From: the human T2T-CHM13v2.0 reference genome, Homo sapiens
DNA length: 64,000 nt
NCBI RefSeq assembly: GCF_009914755.1
Contig: NC_060935.1
Direction: 5' to 3' (one strand)
This document shows, piece after piece, positions 14,730-28,744 of this stretch (the first letter of the stretch is position 1; each line of letters begins with the position of its first letter). Under the pieces are notes generated by a model, which ran no database searches, had not been told where the DNA came from, and was given only the letters and a program-made list of their open reading frames with translations. Position numbers and translations under genes: made by a program.

Positions 14730-15235
14730 TGTTGTTTATGCCCATCCACAATGTATTTCATCTTCTGCTAACAACGCCTTGGTTTTCTTCTGGGCAACCT
14801 CCCATCCTTCCCTCCCAGTCCACATGGTTTTGGTGTTACTGACCCACCCCCTCACCCCCAAATCCAGGGATGGGTACAATGACACAGACCAGGCTAATGA
14901 GAACATCACATGTCTCTCCCTTAAGGTGATCAATTCAAGGATGGGCATGGGATCCCACGAAATGGAACCATGCCATTCTCTTCGAGACTGTTGAAAGAGT
15001 GGTATGCTCTCTCTCTCGCTCTCTCCCTGGATTTTTGAGGGGAAAGTATGAGTTTATCAGCCAGAATTGTGAGAATATCAACCTAAAGCTTTTTGTTACC
15101 CCTCTCACCACCACAAGAGGAGAGCTTGCCTATAAATGAAGTTAACCTGGAGGAAGATGGAGCTGAGAGATAAACTGAGACAGGGATAGAGCCATGCCAT
15201 ATGCTGGCATTATCACTGGACCTTTTTTGGAATGT
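14730..15235 (+). mobile_element. Old MLT1-type LTR, 5' part (3' end appears to resume at about 16960-17045)
   Basis: 'cttctgctaacaacgcc...tcaaggatgggcatggga'; terminal-like 'ttttctgttacttagaagagttctgacaaacaca' reappears after the L1 insertions. Confidence 0.55.
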
Positions 15236-15287
15236 GATGTGTGTGTGCAGGAGAGGGCAATGGTTTTTAAAAATATACTATGAAATA

Positions 15288-16515
<1,228 letters not shown>

Positions 16516-16639
16516 TCAGATTTTTAAAAATGCATAGAATGAGTATAACAAAGCCTAGATGTGCCTCACCACCCAACTAGGATATAAAATATCACCAACA
16601 TGGTTAAAGCATTCTTTTCACTTCTTACTAGTCACAATC

Positions 16640-16955
16640 ATGTCCCTGCCTTTTCAAATTGAGTTTTATTTCTTCCAATCTCCCTTTTTCCTTTTTTTTT
16701 TTTTTCCAGATATATATGTATTCGGGAGCTACATTTGTATATATCCTTAAACAATTATATGTACAATGATGTTAGAGTATATGCATTATTTTGCAATTTG
16801 CTTTATTTCATTCAATGTTATATTTGTATAATTGTTTATATTCCAATGTATAATTTTAATTCACTCATTTTCTCTGCTTTATAGTATTTCTTTGTATGCA
16901 TATACTATAGTGTATTTATTCCTTCTCCTGTGGATGGATATTTAGGTTATTACAC
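16640..16955 (-). mobile_element. Old L1M 3' UTR fragment
   Basis: 'atgcattattttgcaatttgctttatttcattcaatg...gtgtatttattccttctcctgtggatggatatttaggtt' is typical antisense L1M. Confidence 0.6.
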
Positions 16956-19184
16956 TGAAATTTTCTATGATCCAATAAATTTCATTTTCTGCTACACCAG
17001 TTTGAGGTGAGTTTTCTGTTACTTAGAAGAGTTCTGACAAACACAGAAAGCTTTTGTGTGGCCTATTTCAGGCTCAAAAAGAGTAAGAAGAAACAGCCAA
17101 TGCCTGGGTTACAATTATGCATATGAAAAAAAAAACTGTAATAAAATACACCAAAATGCTTGCTGGTGACATTGTGGATAATTTTTTAAAATTTGTTTTA
17201 AACCTTTCTTGTTTTTCCACATTAAATATGTACTATTATTATAATCAGAAAAACTATTATAAGTAAACATTAGGAGACGGTCATTGCAAAGTGACTCCTG
17301 CAGGGTAAATATGGCACAAATTCATTAGTAGAGTGCAAGTAAAAGAGGATTTGTAATATGTACCCAATAGCAAACAACAAGACAAATACCACTTAAATAT
17401 TTCTCCAAAGAACGCTTTTTTACTGTGCCACTTTACTCCCTGGGGGTAAAGGTCCTTATTTCTCAGGAAGGTCTGGAACCTTGGAGATGGGGGTCTTTTT
17501 GCTCAGAGGGTCTTATTTTTGCCTGTTGTGCGTTTCATGGGAATCAGGAGAGGAGGCAAACAGATGGGAGTGGCAAACTAATGCTCCTTGTTTTTCTTCC
17601 TCCCTCACAGTCTCAGAGCTCCCCCACTTAGAAATGAATAACTTTTGAACCCCTAGCTGGAAGTCACCCCACTTAATAGCTCTAAAGCGTGGAAAAAATA
17701 ACAACAACAAAATACTATCAGTCTTTATATAGGGTGCCTTAGACGATGGTGCTGAAATGAAAGAGGCAATGAGAAATTGTTCCCCAAATTAGGGATAAGG
17801 CAGTTCAGATTTAGAATCTGCCAACAAGTAAAGGCCTTAAAAGTGATCTAATCCAACCCCCTTATTTTATAGACATGAGAAGTGACTCAAAGAGAATCAA
17901 GGTGATTGGCCCAAGGTCACACACCTAGTTCATGGTAGGGCTTAGATTTGACAATAGATGTCTAGATTCTTCTGCTCCATTATCTTAGCTGAAGAACAGT
18001 GGCGAAACTATTGCTTTTGCTACCAGCTATGCTGACATTGCCAGAATTCACATTAAATGCTTCCAAGTTGCCTTTTTGTTGCAAGACAATCTTGTAGGCA
18101 GTATACATACATGAATGTCTATATTTGTAACAAGAACAACAGATGCCAATTTGGACTGGCACCATCTTTAGATTGGGAAGAAGGTAGATGTTAAGAATAT
18201 CCACTATGGTATTTAGGATAAGAGTGACAGAGTTCATGGACTGATATTTAGTAACTTCAATATTAACTCCTTAAAACAGGAATGCAATTATGAATATGAA
18301 AATTAAAAAGCAGACTATAGAAATTTCAAGTTGTGGGAAGATTTTTCTCTCATAGGTGGCAAAAAATTAGGCAGACATTGGGGATTTCGTGAGAAATATT
18401 GCTAACTGATGATGGAAGATATCTCCAAGCTAAGTCCTAGGGCAAATACTTACTTAGGTCATCTCCTTGGGCAAGGTGCATTGACATTCAAAAGGATAAC
18501 TTGGGTTCCTGGGAACTGCTCAATCATCTGAGTTTCTAAGACTCAATTAGGATAACTGTATGCTATTGTTAAAGTAGAAAGCAAGACTCAAGATTTTATT
18601 TTTAAAAAGTTTAAACATTTTTTAGAAAACAAAAGTGTATTTGGAATTTATCCTAAGATAACTAGGATATCAAATTAACTAGACACCCCATTCCTTTTTC
18701 TGATCCTTTTAGGTAATTTGTGTCCTCCAATGCACAAAACGGTAGCGGTCAAAATTGTACAACAAGCTGCAAAAAGGGGCAGCTTCAGATGTTATTGCCA
18801 CTAGATTTAGAAAAATGGATCTGTATAGATCAAAATTCTCTAGTGAGCAAATGCACTCACCATCCTACACCATTTTCTCAGAAGCATAAATGTTCATTTA
18901 TCCAATTAGGCAAAATTTTAAACGAGTCACTGAACGTAAACTAGAGGGAAAGAACGGCTAGGATTGTAAAGCAGATCCAAGAACAAATATTTAAACTATA
19001 AAATAGAGCTGGGTTACTTCAGAAGTGCATTCAAAAGGAAGAGGAAGACAATCCAACAGGGAGCAGGTGGCTGGAACATCAATGGGTTCAGGGAGTGGAC
19101 AGGTCAGTAGTGATGCTTTGATAAAGAACAAAGAATCTGAAAAAAACAATGGGTGAGTTAGGGAATATTTGTGGGTTTTTTCCT

Positions 19185-19348
<164 letters not shown>

Positions 19349-19411
19349 TGAAAGCATTTTTGTTGAAGTCATTTCAAGAGGCTAATCTATATACTTTTTT
19401 AAAAGATGTTT

Positions 19412-19870
19412 TCTGATAGTTGTACATAGTTCTGAACTCAGTATCTGTTCAACAAACACTTACTGAGCACCAACCAAGTTCTAGGGAATCAAAGATAGCA
19501 AATAGTTTTCATCTATACTTGAAGCCATTGCTTCCCACTGGTGTCCTCTTTTCCACATGAGACCACCGGCTATGTAGATTGCCTTATCACTTATTAAAAT
19601 TTTGCCCATCCTTCATCACACATCTCCTGAGCCTGCTTCTTGGTGAAGCCCTCCCTGATCATTCTAGCCAGCTGTGTTCCCTTGCCTTGTGAGGTCTCAT
19701 GGTATTGAGTGATGGCATCTCACAAACTTGTTATCTGAGGTCTAGCTTGTTGGCTATTTGTAGACATGTCTTTGGTACCTCTGTCCCAAAATCATTAGTG
19801 ATTATAACTTCCTGGAAGACAGGAAACATATTGCAACAAATTTGGTATAGAAAAAGAACTTGGAACTTTG
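19412..19870 (+). repeat. Inverted repeat, left arm (459 bp)
   Basis: Reverse complement of 20828-21282; I count about 8 substitutions and one 4-bp indel; ORFs 19699+ and 20799- give near-identical peptides. Confidence 0.97.
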
Positions 19871-20715
19871 GAGTCCCAGTGTTGGAGATACAAGGATGAA
19901 CAACACAAAGGTCGGTCTTCATTGTGTTTACAGTCTAGTGGTGAGGATAGTAGGCTACAATTGCTCTAGTGAAGATCACTTGATTCCATATGTGGTGTCA
20001 GGAAGGAAGATGCAGGTGCAATGGGAACAGATTATAGAGGAGCCTAATTTGGCTCGTAAAGTCGGTGGTTTCTTTAAGGAAATGGTGGTTTCAGCTGAGT
20101 CTTAAAAGATACAAGCTATCTGGAAGAATTCAGGTGGGATAGAGCTTTCCAGGCTGATAGGACATCATGTGTGAAGGCCCTGAGGTATTCAAGAAGCAGA
20201 CAGAAAGCTGGTGTGACTCAAACCTAAAGAGTTAGTGAGGGAAAGTGTGATGTGAGATGAAAGAGCACATGTGTTACGTTAACCAGAGGCCTTGAAGTTG
20301 TTTTAAAGACTGGAACAACTGGAAACCTCTGGAAGATTTGGAAGATAGCGACCTGTTCAGCTTTGTGTTTTAGAACAGTCACTCTGAATATAGAGTGGAG
20401 AATCGATCAGAGGTAGGCAAGAGTGGATGACCAGTTAATAGACTCAGAATATTCCACATGAGAGATAGCAGGGTCTTGAAAATGGTAATTTAGCATGGTG
20501 GAAAGAAATAGTTGGCTTTGAAACCCATTTGGGAGACAAAATCAATGGAACTTTGTGACTGATTAGATATGAAAGCAAGGAGAGGTAGTTGTCAAAAATG
20601 TTTCCTGGATTTTGTCGTGAGCCACTGAATAGGGTGCTGATCAATGAAATGGCAAACACACCGGGTGAGCCAGTTTGGCAGAGCTAGTGAGTTACATGGT
20701 GGCCACATTTAACTT
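19871..20715 (-). mobile_element. L2 LINE fragment forming most of the inverted-repeat spacer
   Basis: 'gtgttggagatacaaggatgaacaa...tttacagtctagtggtgag', 'catgtgtgaaggccctgagg', 'tttagaacagtcactctg' are reverse L2 motifs. Confidence 0.72.
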
Positions 20716-20827
20716 CACAGCAGCACTTCAGATGAGAAAAAAATGAGATTCAGATAAATTAAATGACTCCTTATTTTCACCATTAAGGATAATACTGATC
20801 AGGTGGGAAGTTCAGACTTCCTGATTA

Positions 20828-21282
20828 CAAAGTCCCAAGTTCTTTTTCTATACCAAATTTGTTGCAATATGTTTCCTGTCTTCCAGGAAGTTATAATCAC
20901 TAATGATTTCGGGACAGAGGTACCAAAGACTTGTCTACAAATGGCCAACAAGCTAGACCTCAGATAACAAGTTTGTGAGATGCCATCACTCAATACCATG
21001 AGACCTCACAAGGCAAGGGAACACAGCTGGCTAGAATGATCAGGGAGGGCTTCACCAAGAAGCAGGCTCAGGAGATGTGTGATGAAGGATGGGCAAAATT
21101 TTAATAAGTGATAAGGCAATCTACATAGCCGGTGGTCTCATGTGGAAAAAAGGACACCAGTGGGAAGCAATGGCTTCAAGTATAGATGAAAACTATTTGC
21201 TATCTTTGAGTCCCTAGAACTTGGTTGGTGCTCAGTAAGTGTTGAACAGATACTGAGTTCAGAGCTATTTACAACTATCAGA
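20828..21282 (-). repeat. Inverted repeat, right arm (455 bp)
   Basis: Runs from 'caaagtcccaagttctttttcta' to 'acaactatcaga', the reverse complement of the left arm. Confidence 0.97.
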
Positions 21283-21364
21283 TCTTATATATCCCAGATC
21301 CTCCCAGTAGAGGATCTGGGATATATAAGATCTGATAGTTGTAAATAGCTCTGAACTCAGTATC
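21249..21364. repeat. Perfect hairpin: 55-bp stem, 6-nt loop (ccagta)
   Basis: 21249-21303 is the exact reverse complement of 21310-21364. Confidence 0.97.
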
Positions 21365-21412
21365 CTCCCAGTAGAGGATCTGGGATGTATAAGAAGTTTC
21401 TGTAAGGTTTTT

Positions 21413-22168
21413 AGTCTCAACCAATAACACTCAACATGCCCTTCTTATAACAAGTATTTTGTAGTACAAACTTTCCTATCCTGAAATGAAAATCATGGAT
21501 AAAATAATCTGCCTATACTCACAGTTTCAAAAAAAATCAATTGTGATGTTTTAAGTGTGAGGAAAAGACTAATTAAAAGAAAAGTAAATGATAACATGGT
21601 ACATATTTTAGTATGAGATTGCTAGTAGGTAAGCACCCTAGAAGACATTATGAAGGAGTCAGATACTTGCAATGACACAAAGAATATCCAGGAATGTAAC
21701 ACATGCAGACTGACACAGGTGCCATTCTTAAATTCCACGAGTTATGTCACCTTCCATCACGTAATTTTTTTTAAATGGTAAACAACTTTTAGTAGAGTTA
21801 TTCTTTTAAATTACAAACAACTTTTGATTTACATGGAAATTGTGTTCCTGGAACATTTAGTGTATATTAAAACCTTGAAAATAAATGAATTTTTATATAT
21901 GCAAAATGGAATTTGATGTTAGACTCAGATAAATATAGCTATGTTTCTTTCTCACGTATATGAATAATGAGTGGAACATTAGAAAATTATGTGGAACACT
22001 AACAGTTTTTTACTTGGCAAGATTATATTATACTTTTCAAAGTACCTGGCATCCCTGACCCTTGTCTAATAAATGTTGATATTGCTCTCTCAAATCAATA
22101 AAAAATGTCCCCACAATTTTCCAAAACATTACCCCAGGGGTGGGACTGCTTCTATTGAAAACTATTGA
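21413..22168. mobile_element. hAT-Charlie DNA transposon remnant (MER20B-like)
   Basis: End 'ccccaggggtgggactgcttctattgaaaactattg' and internal 'cctggcatccctgaccc...aaatgtccccaca' resemble the MER20 family. Confidence 0.5.
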
Positions 22169-24415
22169 CATAAAGCATGATTTCATATCACTGAAAGGTT
22201 TAAATTTTTACTTTGCATATAGTAGCAAGGTTTAAAAAATCTCGTGAATGAATGGGATACAAAAAGTAAATTTTCATAAAACAGTAATTTCCATGATGCT
22301 AGTACAATGAATAGATTTCTTTGCTAAGTCCAAGTTGAAGAGATCAGGCTAGGACAGCAAATATGGGCAGCTGCCATCTTTTACCAGGTGTAAATAGGGA
22401 GACATGTTTATTTTCTCTTGTTCTGCCAACATGAATTAAGCATCTCCTAGCCATGAGGTCTATGCTGAGGCTGCGGGATCCACAGTGACATACAACAGGC
22501 TTCCCACACGGCAGTTACACCAGGAAGGGACAAAGTATTGAAAAAGAAATGGAATGTATTCAGCAGTTTGGCAGTTAACAGAGCTCATAAAAAATGACTT
22601 TCCCTTAAGACAGTTTTTACTGGGTTGTGTTTTTATTGAAAATCCTAGTTTTTCTCCTGAGAGAATCATTCTGCTGGAGCAACAAGCAGAAACAAAGCAG
22701 AGTGGGTGACATCCAAGAAATGACTTTGGAGCCATAATGTACCTATCCTACACAATAAACACCGTCACTTCATGTAAACTGGCAAGAGTGGGGTAAGAAA
22801 CTGGCTAATATGGAAATCACTCTAACACTTCTCAGTTCTACAGATGTAGTCTTAAACAGACAAACAAACAAAACTCTACAACCATAGTGACATGGAAACA
22901 GGTTGCTGGATTCAGCAGGAAGGTTGACAGGCAGTGAACATTTATGTTAAGAATATTCCCAGCAAACTCTTTCCACCTCTGGGTTTGACACTGGCTCTCA
23001 ACTAGGGAATGCTGCTAAGGGATAGAGTGCTGGGTAACAGGGTGGCCCTGTCACAGCAGCCAGCATAAACCCAATGGCTGAAATAAAAAACCATGATTTA
23101 CTCACTTACCCTGTACATATTTACAGAACACCCACTATGAGCCAGGCACTGTTTAGCTGCTAAGTTATAATATTAAATAAGGTACATAGAGTTCTGCTTA
23201 TAGGCATTTCCATAACACAAAATAAGTATATAAATAGGTCAACATATATGTCAATATCTATAGTGAAAAGTATTAAGAAAAGAATAAAGCAGTGTAATGT
23301 GCTGATGGGTGACTGGAAGCGCAGATAGGAAGCTATCTGTCTGGGGTGATCAGTGAGGATGTCTACTGCATTGTCAGGGATCATTTGTGTCTGAGATGGT
23401 GACCTAGGAGCTGAGATTTGAATGGCAACAATATTCACTTAACCAGAGTCCTCATCGCAAAATGTTTGGGCCCAGTGAAGTGGGTCTCATAATGCTGGGT
23501 CCCTTAATTCCTAATAGAATTGGGAAGTAGGTAGGAGATGCCTGTGTTTCTTCTTTAACTCAATAAGTACATCCTAGACTCCTAGGAGACAACATAGTAT
23601 ACTGCAAAAATCTCGGGACTGGACATTTGGAAACCTGGATGCTAGTTCTGATGTCCCTTGATAATAGGCTGAGTGACCTCAGGCAAATCATCCATCAGGC
23701 TGGGTGTGTTTCCATAATATGAAAACAGACTGTACACTCCATAAGAGAAGACATTGTGTCTGAATTGTTACCTGCTGTCTCTCCAGCACCCAGCACACAG
23801 TATCTGGCAATGGTGAGTGCCCAATGGAAGCTATTATTGTTGCTTTCATTATTAGCTGATAGGTATGATTCCTTCCCATCCCAAAACTCTAGTACTTTGG
23901 CTCAATCTCCTTGTGATAACAACACCCCCCACCACCAAAAAGAGAAATAACAAGAAATTTATTTCTGAGTTTGCCACATCTGGCTACATTACACAGGGGC
24001 TAGTCCCTTCTTTCTGGGACTCATTTCCCCTCATCCATAAAGTGAAGAAGTTTATCTCAGCAATTCATCCTGGCTCTAGAATTACAGATTTTTAATTAAA
24101 TTCTGCAAATAAAATTGTATTTCAAATACACTAGGGGGACCCCGTGGTGAATTTTAAAATAAACATGTAGTGGAATTATTTCCCAAAGCAAAATGTATCA
24201 TTTTCGATACTATTATTTTAATCTGGGTCTTATTGCATAAGAATGAGCTTTCTTAGAGGAAGGCATCACTATTGCTTGCTTCTATTAAGCTCTCAGGGTC
24301 ATTTCTGGCTCTTGCATAACACCCTAGGCTGTTAAGGAGAGAGATGCGAGCACAAGAATTTGGCACTCTCCTGAAAGCTACGTTCTGTTTTGGAAATGGA
24401 CATTTACTTTCTTAT

Positions 24416-24550
24416 TCCCTCCCTCCCTCCCTCCCTCCCTCCCTCCCTCCCTCCCTTCCTTCCTTCCTTCCTTCCTTCCTTCCTTCCTTCTTTCCTTCCT
24501 TCCTTCCTTCCTTCCTCCCTCCCTCCCTCCGTCCCTCTTTCCCTCCCTTC
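24416..24550. repeat. (CCCT)n/(CCTT)n polypyrimidine microsatellite
   Basis: About 135 nt of almost only C/T in tetramer units. Confidence 0.95.
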
Positions 24551-25260
24551 TTTTTTTCTATTGGGAATCTTGACAACATTACCAATAAATCATTTCTAAA
24601 TGAGGAAGACCCAGAAAGTATACTCTTTACCAGGAATAATAGCAGCAGAGAAGAATAATTTTTCTAAAAAAATCTTTCTTTGAAAAAATGGAAAAGTAAA
24701 GGAAATAATAAAAATAATAAAGAAGGAAGCTAATATTTATTAAGTGCATAGTATGTCCAGGCACAACAACCCTATGCCCATTTCATGGATGAGAAAACTG
24801 CTATCTCAAGTTAAACCTCATGGAGATGAACCACCTTACACAGGCTTAGAGAAGAGTAAATGAGAACAAAAGAAGGGATGGAGGAAAGAATGGGAGATGT
24901 TAATCGCGAGGTCAATGGTATCAATTGGAAAGAGCCTGAACTGAAAGTCAGGAGACTTGAGTTGCAGTCCTAGCTTCTCTACTCATACATCTGTCCAATG
25001 GAGAGATTACATTTACTTTGAGGGTGATGTGAAAATTAAAGCAAGATTATTTATAGGAGAGAGCAGCTCAATATCCAGTGTTCAGCAGGAGCTAGTTGTT
25101 TTCACAAGCCACCATTGTCTTCTTGCCTGACCTCAAGCAAACCTTTGTTTGTTTTTTGTCCTTCTCTGCCATACCACTGTTTGTACTCACGCCCTATCCC
25201 AGATCTTTTCCAGTCAGAACCATAGGGTCATGAGGAAGGCCTCCATTCATCCTTTTAAGT

Positions 25261-25573
25261 CAGAGATCCCCAAATGGTGGCCCACAGAGCAGGTCTGGAC
25301 TATGACTATTTGTCTGGCTAATGAGGTATCTATTTAAAAGTTTGAATTAGTTACCAGCACCTAACATTGAGGAGTTTCACAAAAAATACAGTTTTGACTT
25401 GTCTTGAAATATGAGAAAATTTGGCTACATGGGGTCTTCTCCTATCCATCAATTGTTGGCTGAATCTGATTGGGGATGGGAGATCTCCAATCACCCAATT
25501 TCCGTCACTACCTATTGCATTATGCTTATTTGCATTTGTGGTCTCTGCAGGCATTTGAACTTGTGACTCTCTG
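25261..25573 (-). mobile_element. MER102-like hAT-Charlie element
   Basis: Termini 'cagagatccccaaatggtggccc' and 'caggcatttgaacttgtgactctctg'. Confidence 0.65.
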
Positions 25574-26457
25574 CATTGGGCTTCTTTCTCTTGGGCTTCT
25601 TTGAAAAATGCAAATACTTCAAGGAGAGGAATCAAATAAATAAGTTTAGAAGATGGATTCTCTATTAAATGCCCAAGATAAGTCAAAGATAGCATTTCTT
25701 CTACAGGGGTAGGGTGGGGAGGTCTAAAATTGGATGGATTGAGGATGGAAAGCACACACTTGGCATGTAGGCACTCAAAACATTTTTAGTGAATAAATGA
25801 AAGAAGAGTAGTACGTTATGATGGGGACTGAAGTCAAGCTTTTGCTACTGAGTTGCACATGCTCCTGCCACACCAAGATGTACTCTGTGTAACAGGAGAC
25901 TCACTTGAACAGGCTCTGCATGACCCGTTCCTGGGCCCTTATCTTCATATTACCTAAACTAAATATGGGACCAAATTTCCTAAGCTAAAAATAAGAACAA
26001 AGTCCAACCAACCAAAAATTAATTTGTCACCTGAATTCAAGTTAGTCTAAAAATATTATTAGCTATTCCATGTGAGGTGCTTTGCTAAGCTTTGAGGGTG
26101 TAGGATGAATAAGAGATGTTTCTTGTCTTTGTGAAACTCATTCTTGTCAGGAATTCAGAAAATAAGTCAGCAATAATAGTGTGAGATAGGGGCTATGATG
26201 AGAAATACAGGGTAGGGTTATAGGAACACCTGAGGACAGGGTGTACTATGTCTCCATTAGCCTATATGGTGCTTTTACAAGAATTGGAAAGGGTGTCTTT
26301 TCTAATTCTAAATCTTATTCTAATCGGGGGGGGGGGTGGGTGGATAATACAGCCCAATTCAGGGCACAAAGCTTGTTAAATACAGCTTGACCTGGAAATT
26401 AAAAGTCTTGATCCCGTGCCTTTGGCCACAGATGAAGCGACACTACTAGGTAGGTGG

Positions 26458-26973
26458 CTAAGTCAATTAAGATATGTTCTGCTACAAGTAATAGAAAAAT
26501 CAATTAGCTGTGGCTTAAACCATAAGACATTTACCATTTACTTAACAAAAGTTCTGAAGATACTCACAGGTAGATCCAGGGTTGATACCGTAGTTCCATG
26601 GTCTATGGGTCCATGGATCTATGTCTTGGCTGTTCTGCAGGTTTTCTTCTCATGGTCACAAGTTAATTGTTGCAGTTCTGAGTATCCTCACATGATCACT
26701 TTCAATGGCAGAACATGGGGCAGAATGAAAAAATATACTTCTCCTTGCATGTTCTCTGCTTTGGTCAGGAAGGAAAATCTTGCCATAAAGTACTCTGAGG
26801 AGATTTCCCTGTGAATTTCCTATATCAAAGTTAGGTCATATGATTACTCCAGTTGAAAGACAGGCCAGGAAAGCAAGTATCTGGCTTTTTCATTCTTTTG
26901 AGTGAGAGGTTCTCTGGCAAGAAGAGAGGTTTGGAAATGTTTGTTGGGTTGGCAACTTAGAGTGTCAGCCACA
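26458..26973 (-). mobile_element. Old MLT1-type LTR
   Basis: 'ctacaagtaatagaaaaatcaattagctgtggcttaaac' to 'gtgtcagccaca' matches reverse MLT1 termini. Confidence 0.65.
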
Positions 26974-27460
26974 CTGACTCAGATTTAGAGGGTAAGAAAA
27001 GCTTTCTTAGAAGAAGCGCTTTTTGAGCTGAGTCCTTAAAAATGAGTTAACCTCAAGGAAGTGGTGAGGGAGAAGCCAGAAGATTCAGACTTTAAGAGTA
27101 GATGGAAGAACAGTATGAGAGAATATGGTGGTAAATTCCACAGGGAACGGTAAGATTTTGAGAAACAGAAAAAGTATGATGAAAAAAGGGGCAGAAGTAA
27201 GGATTAGCTTAATGATGAAGAGCAGTGTAAGCTGGATGAAGAGACAAATTGTAAATTGCAAAATGAAATAAAAAGAATATCTGACATGTTGGTAAGGCAT
27301 GTGAAATTTTTAAATGGGTATAATCTTGGATCACTTCAGGTGTCTGGACGTTCATGGTGTCTCAATTGTGAGCTCATAGGTAATGGAGAATGAGAACCCA
27401 CAGGGAAAGACTCTGAAATTGATTTGTCCTTCCTTGAACAATAAAATTCAACAGACTTTG

Positions 27461-27512
27461 TGATGATGATGATGATGATGATGATGATAATGATGACAAT
27501 GATATGATGATG
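27461..27512. repeat. (GAT)n microsatellite at a MIR tail
   Basis: tgatgatgat... followed by MIR (about 27520-27710, 'cccattctgcagatgaagcaaactgagc'). Confidence 0.9.
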
Positions 27513-28744
27513 ACAATGGTGGCTAATACTCATTGAGTACTTATTATAGAGCAGACACTGTACCAAGTGGTTTACATATATTAAGTCATTAAATCTTTTC
27601 AACAACGCTATGAAGCAAGTGCTATTTAGTGTCCCATTCTGCAGATGAAGCAAACTGAGCTGCAGATGGGTTAAGCACCCTCACCAAGATCAATGCAGAG
27701 TGGCTCAGCCAGGAGACAGGAAAGTAAGTTGGTATTTAATTGCTTTGTTGTCCCTCTGTCAGTGGGCCATGCTCAGCATATACTGTGTTTGACCCAGTAG
27801 ACATTAACCCTAACTGTCCTGGGCTCTATGGCTAACACGTCAAGTAGTCAGCAAGAGACACAAGTGAGAGCTGGATGGTACTCTCTCAGGATTGCTTTGC
27901 CTAGAACAGCCTGAAAGCAAGGAGCCTAAGAAAGAGAAATCAATATGTCAATTTAGATGTTTTATTAAATCCCTAGTCTTGGTTTCTGGCCCAAAAAAGT
28001 GTACTGCTTAGAGCCTAATCAGAGCTATTGTTGTTGCCACCCAGATGCTGTAGCAAACAATAGACTCAAGTAAGTTTGGGTAATTAATTTGAGATTTTTA
28101 ATCCACCTCCCCTTTTCTCCTCCCCCAAATCTTATATTAAATACTAGGTGTATGCTGTGTCCTGCATGAGGCCTTGAGGATGACTAAATAAATAAAATGC
28201 AATCCTTGCCTTTGAGGAATCAGATAGTGATATTTGCCTTCTAACTTTCTCTCTAGTCTGTTCATGATCTCTTTGTGTTTTCCTTGGAGATGATAGAAGA
28301 TAATATATTCTCAGATTTGGCCCAGACACCACCAAAGCAACTTTGTGTGGTGGAAAGAATGTGAGACTGAAATTCAGGAAACTAAGCCTCTGATTTGATT
28401 TCTGCCACTTACTCGCAAGTCCTTTGGACTGATGACTTAATGGTTGGCAATTTGGGAAGAGCACTAGATTTGGAAATGTGGATTCTGTTACATTACTGAT
28501 TGGTTGGTTGTTTGCCTCTCCCTCTAATCAGCATGAGAAAAAGCCAAGCAATGGCTTAGTCTCAAGGAGAAGCTATGTTCCCAGTGCCCACCCAGCCATA
28601 TTTCTCACTATTACTATCAGGCACTCAGAGTTCCAGGAAGTAGCAGAATAGACTGGAGAAATCAGAAGGTCTGGTATCACACATGGGTTGAGATGCATGT
28701 TCTGCCTCTTCCTAGCTATGGGATCTTGGGTCTGTGATTTAGGA

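Noticed and set aside
19699-20999. Twin 66-aa ORFs (MVLSDGISQTCYLRSS...) on opposite strands, suggesting a duplicated small gene or sense/antisense pair
   Set aside because: They follow automatically from the inverted repeat; there is no recognisable domain or splice structure, and both run out of the arms into L2/MIR sequence
19412-21282. Inverted repeat as the TIRs of a novel foldback-type DNA transposon
   Set aside because: No TSD at the outer ends, no transposase, and arms and spacer are made of local L2/MIR sequence continuous across the boundaries
22330-23100. Repeat-poor stretch with a YY1-like GCCATCTT, a CAGCTG and a GGAATG as a regulatory element
   Set aside because: Short motifs, dispersed at about chance density; not supportable without conservation or chromatin data
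24344-24658. Pro/Ser/Leu/Phe-rich ORFs, and Alu-derived ORFs throughout the track
   Set aside because: Translations of microsatellite or Alu sequence that lack stops for compositional reasons
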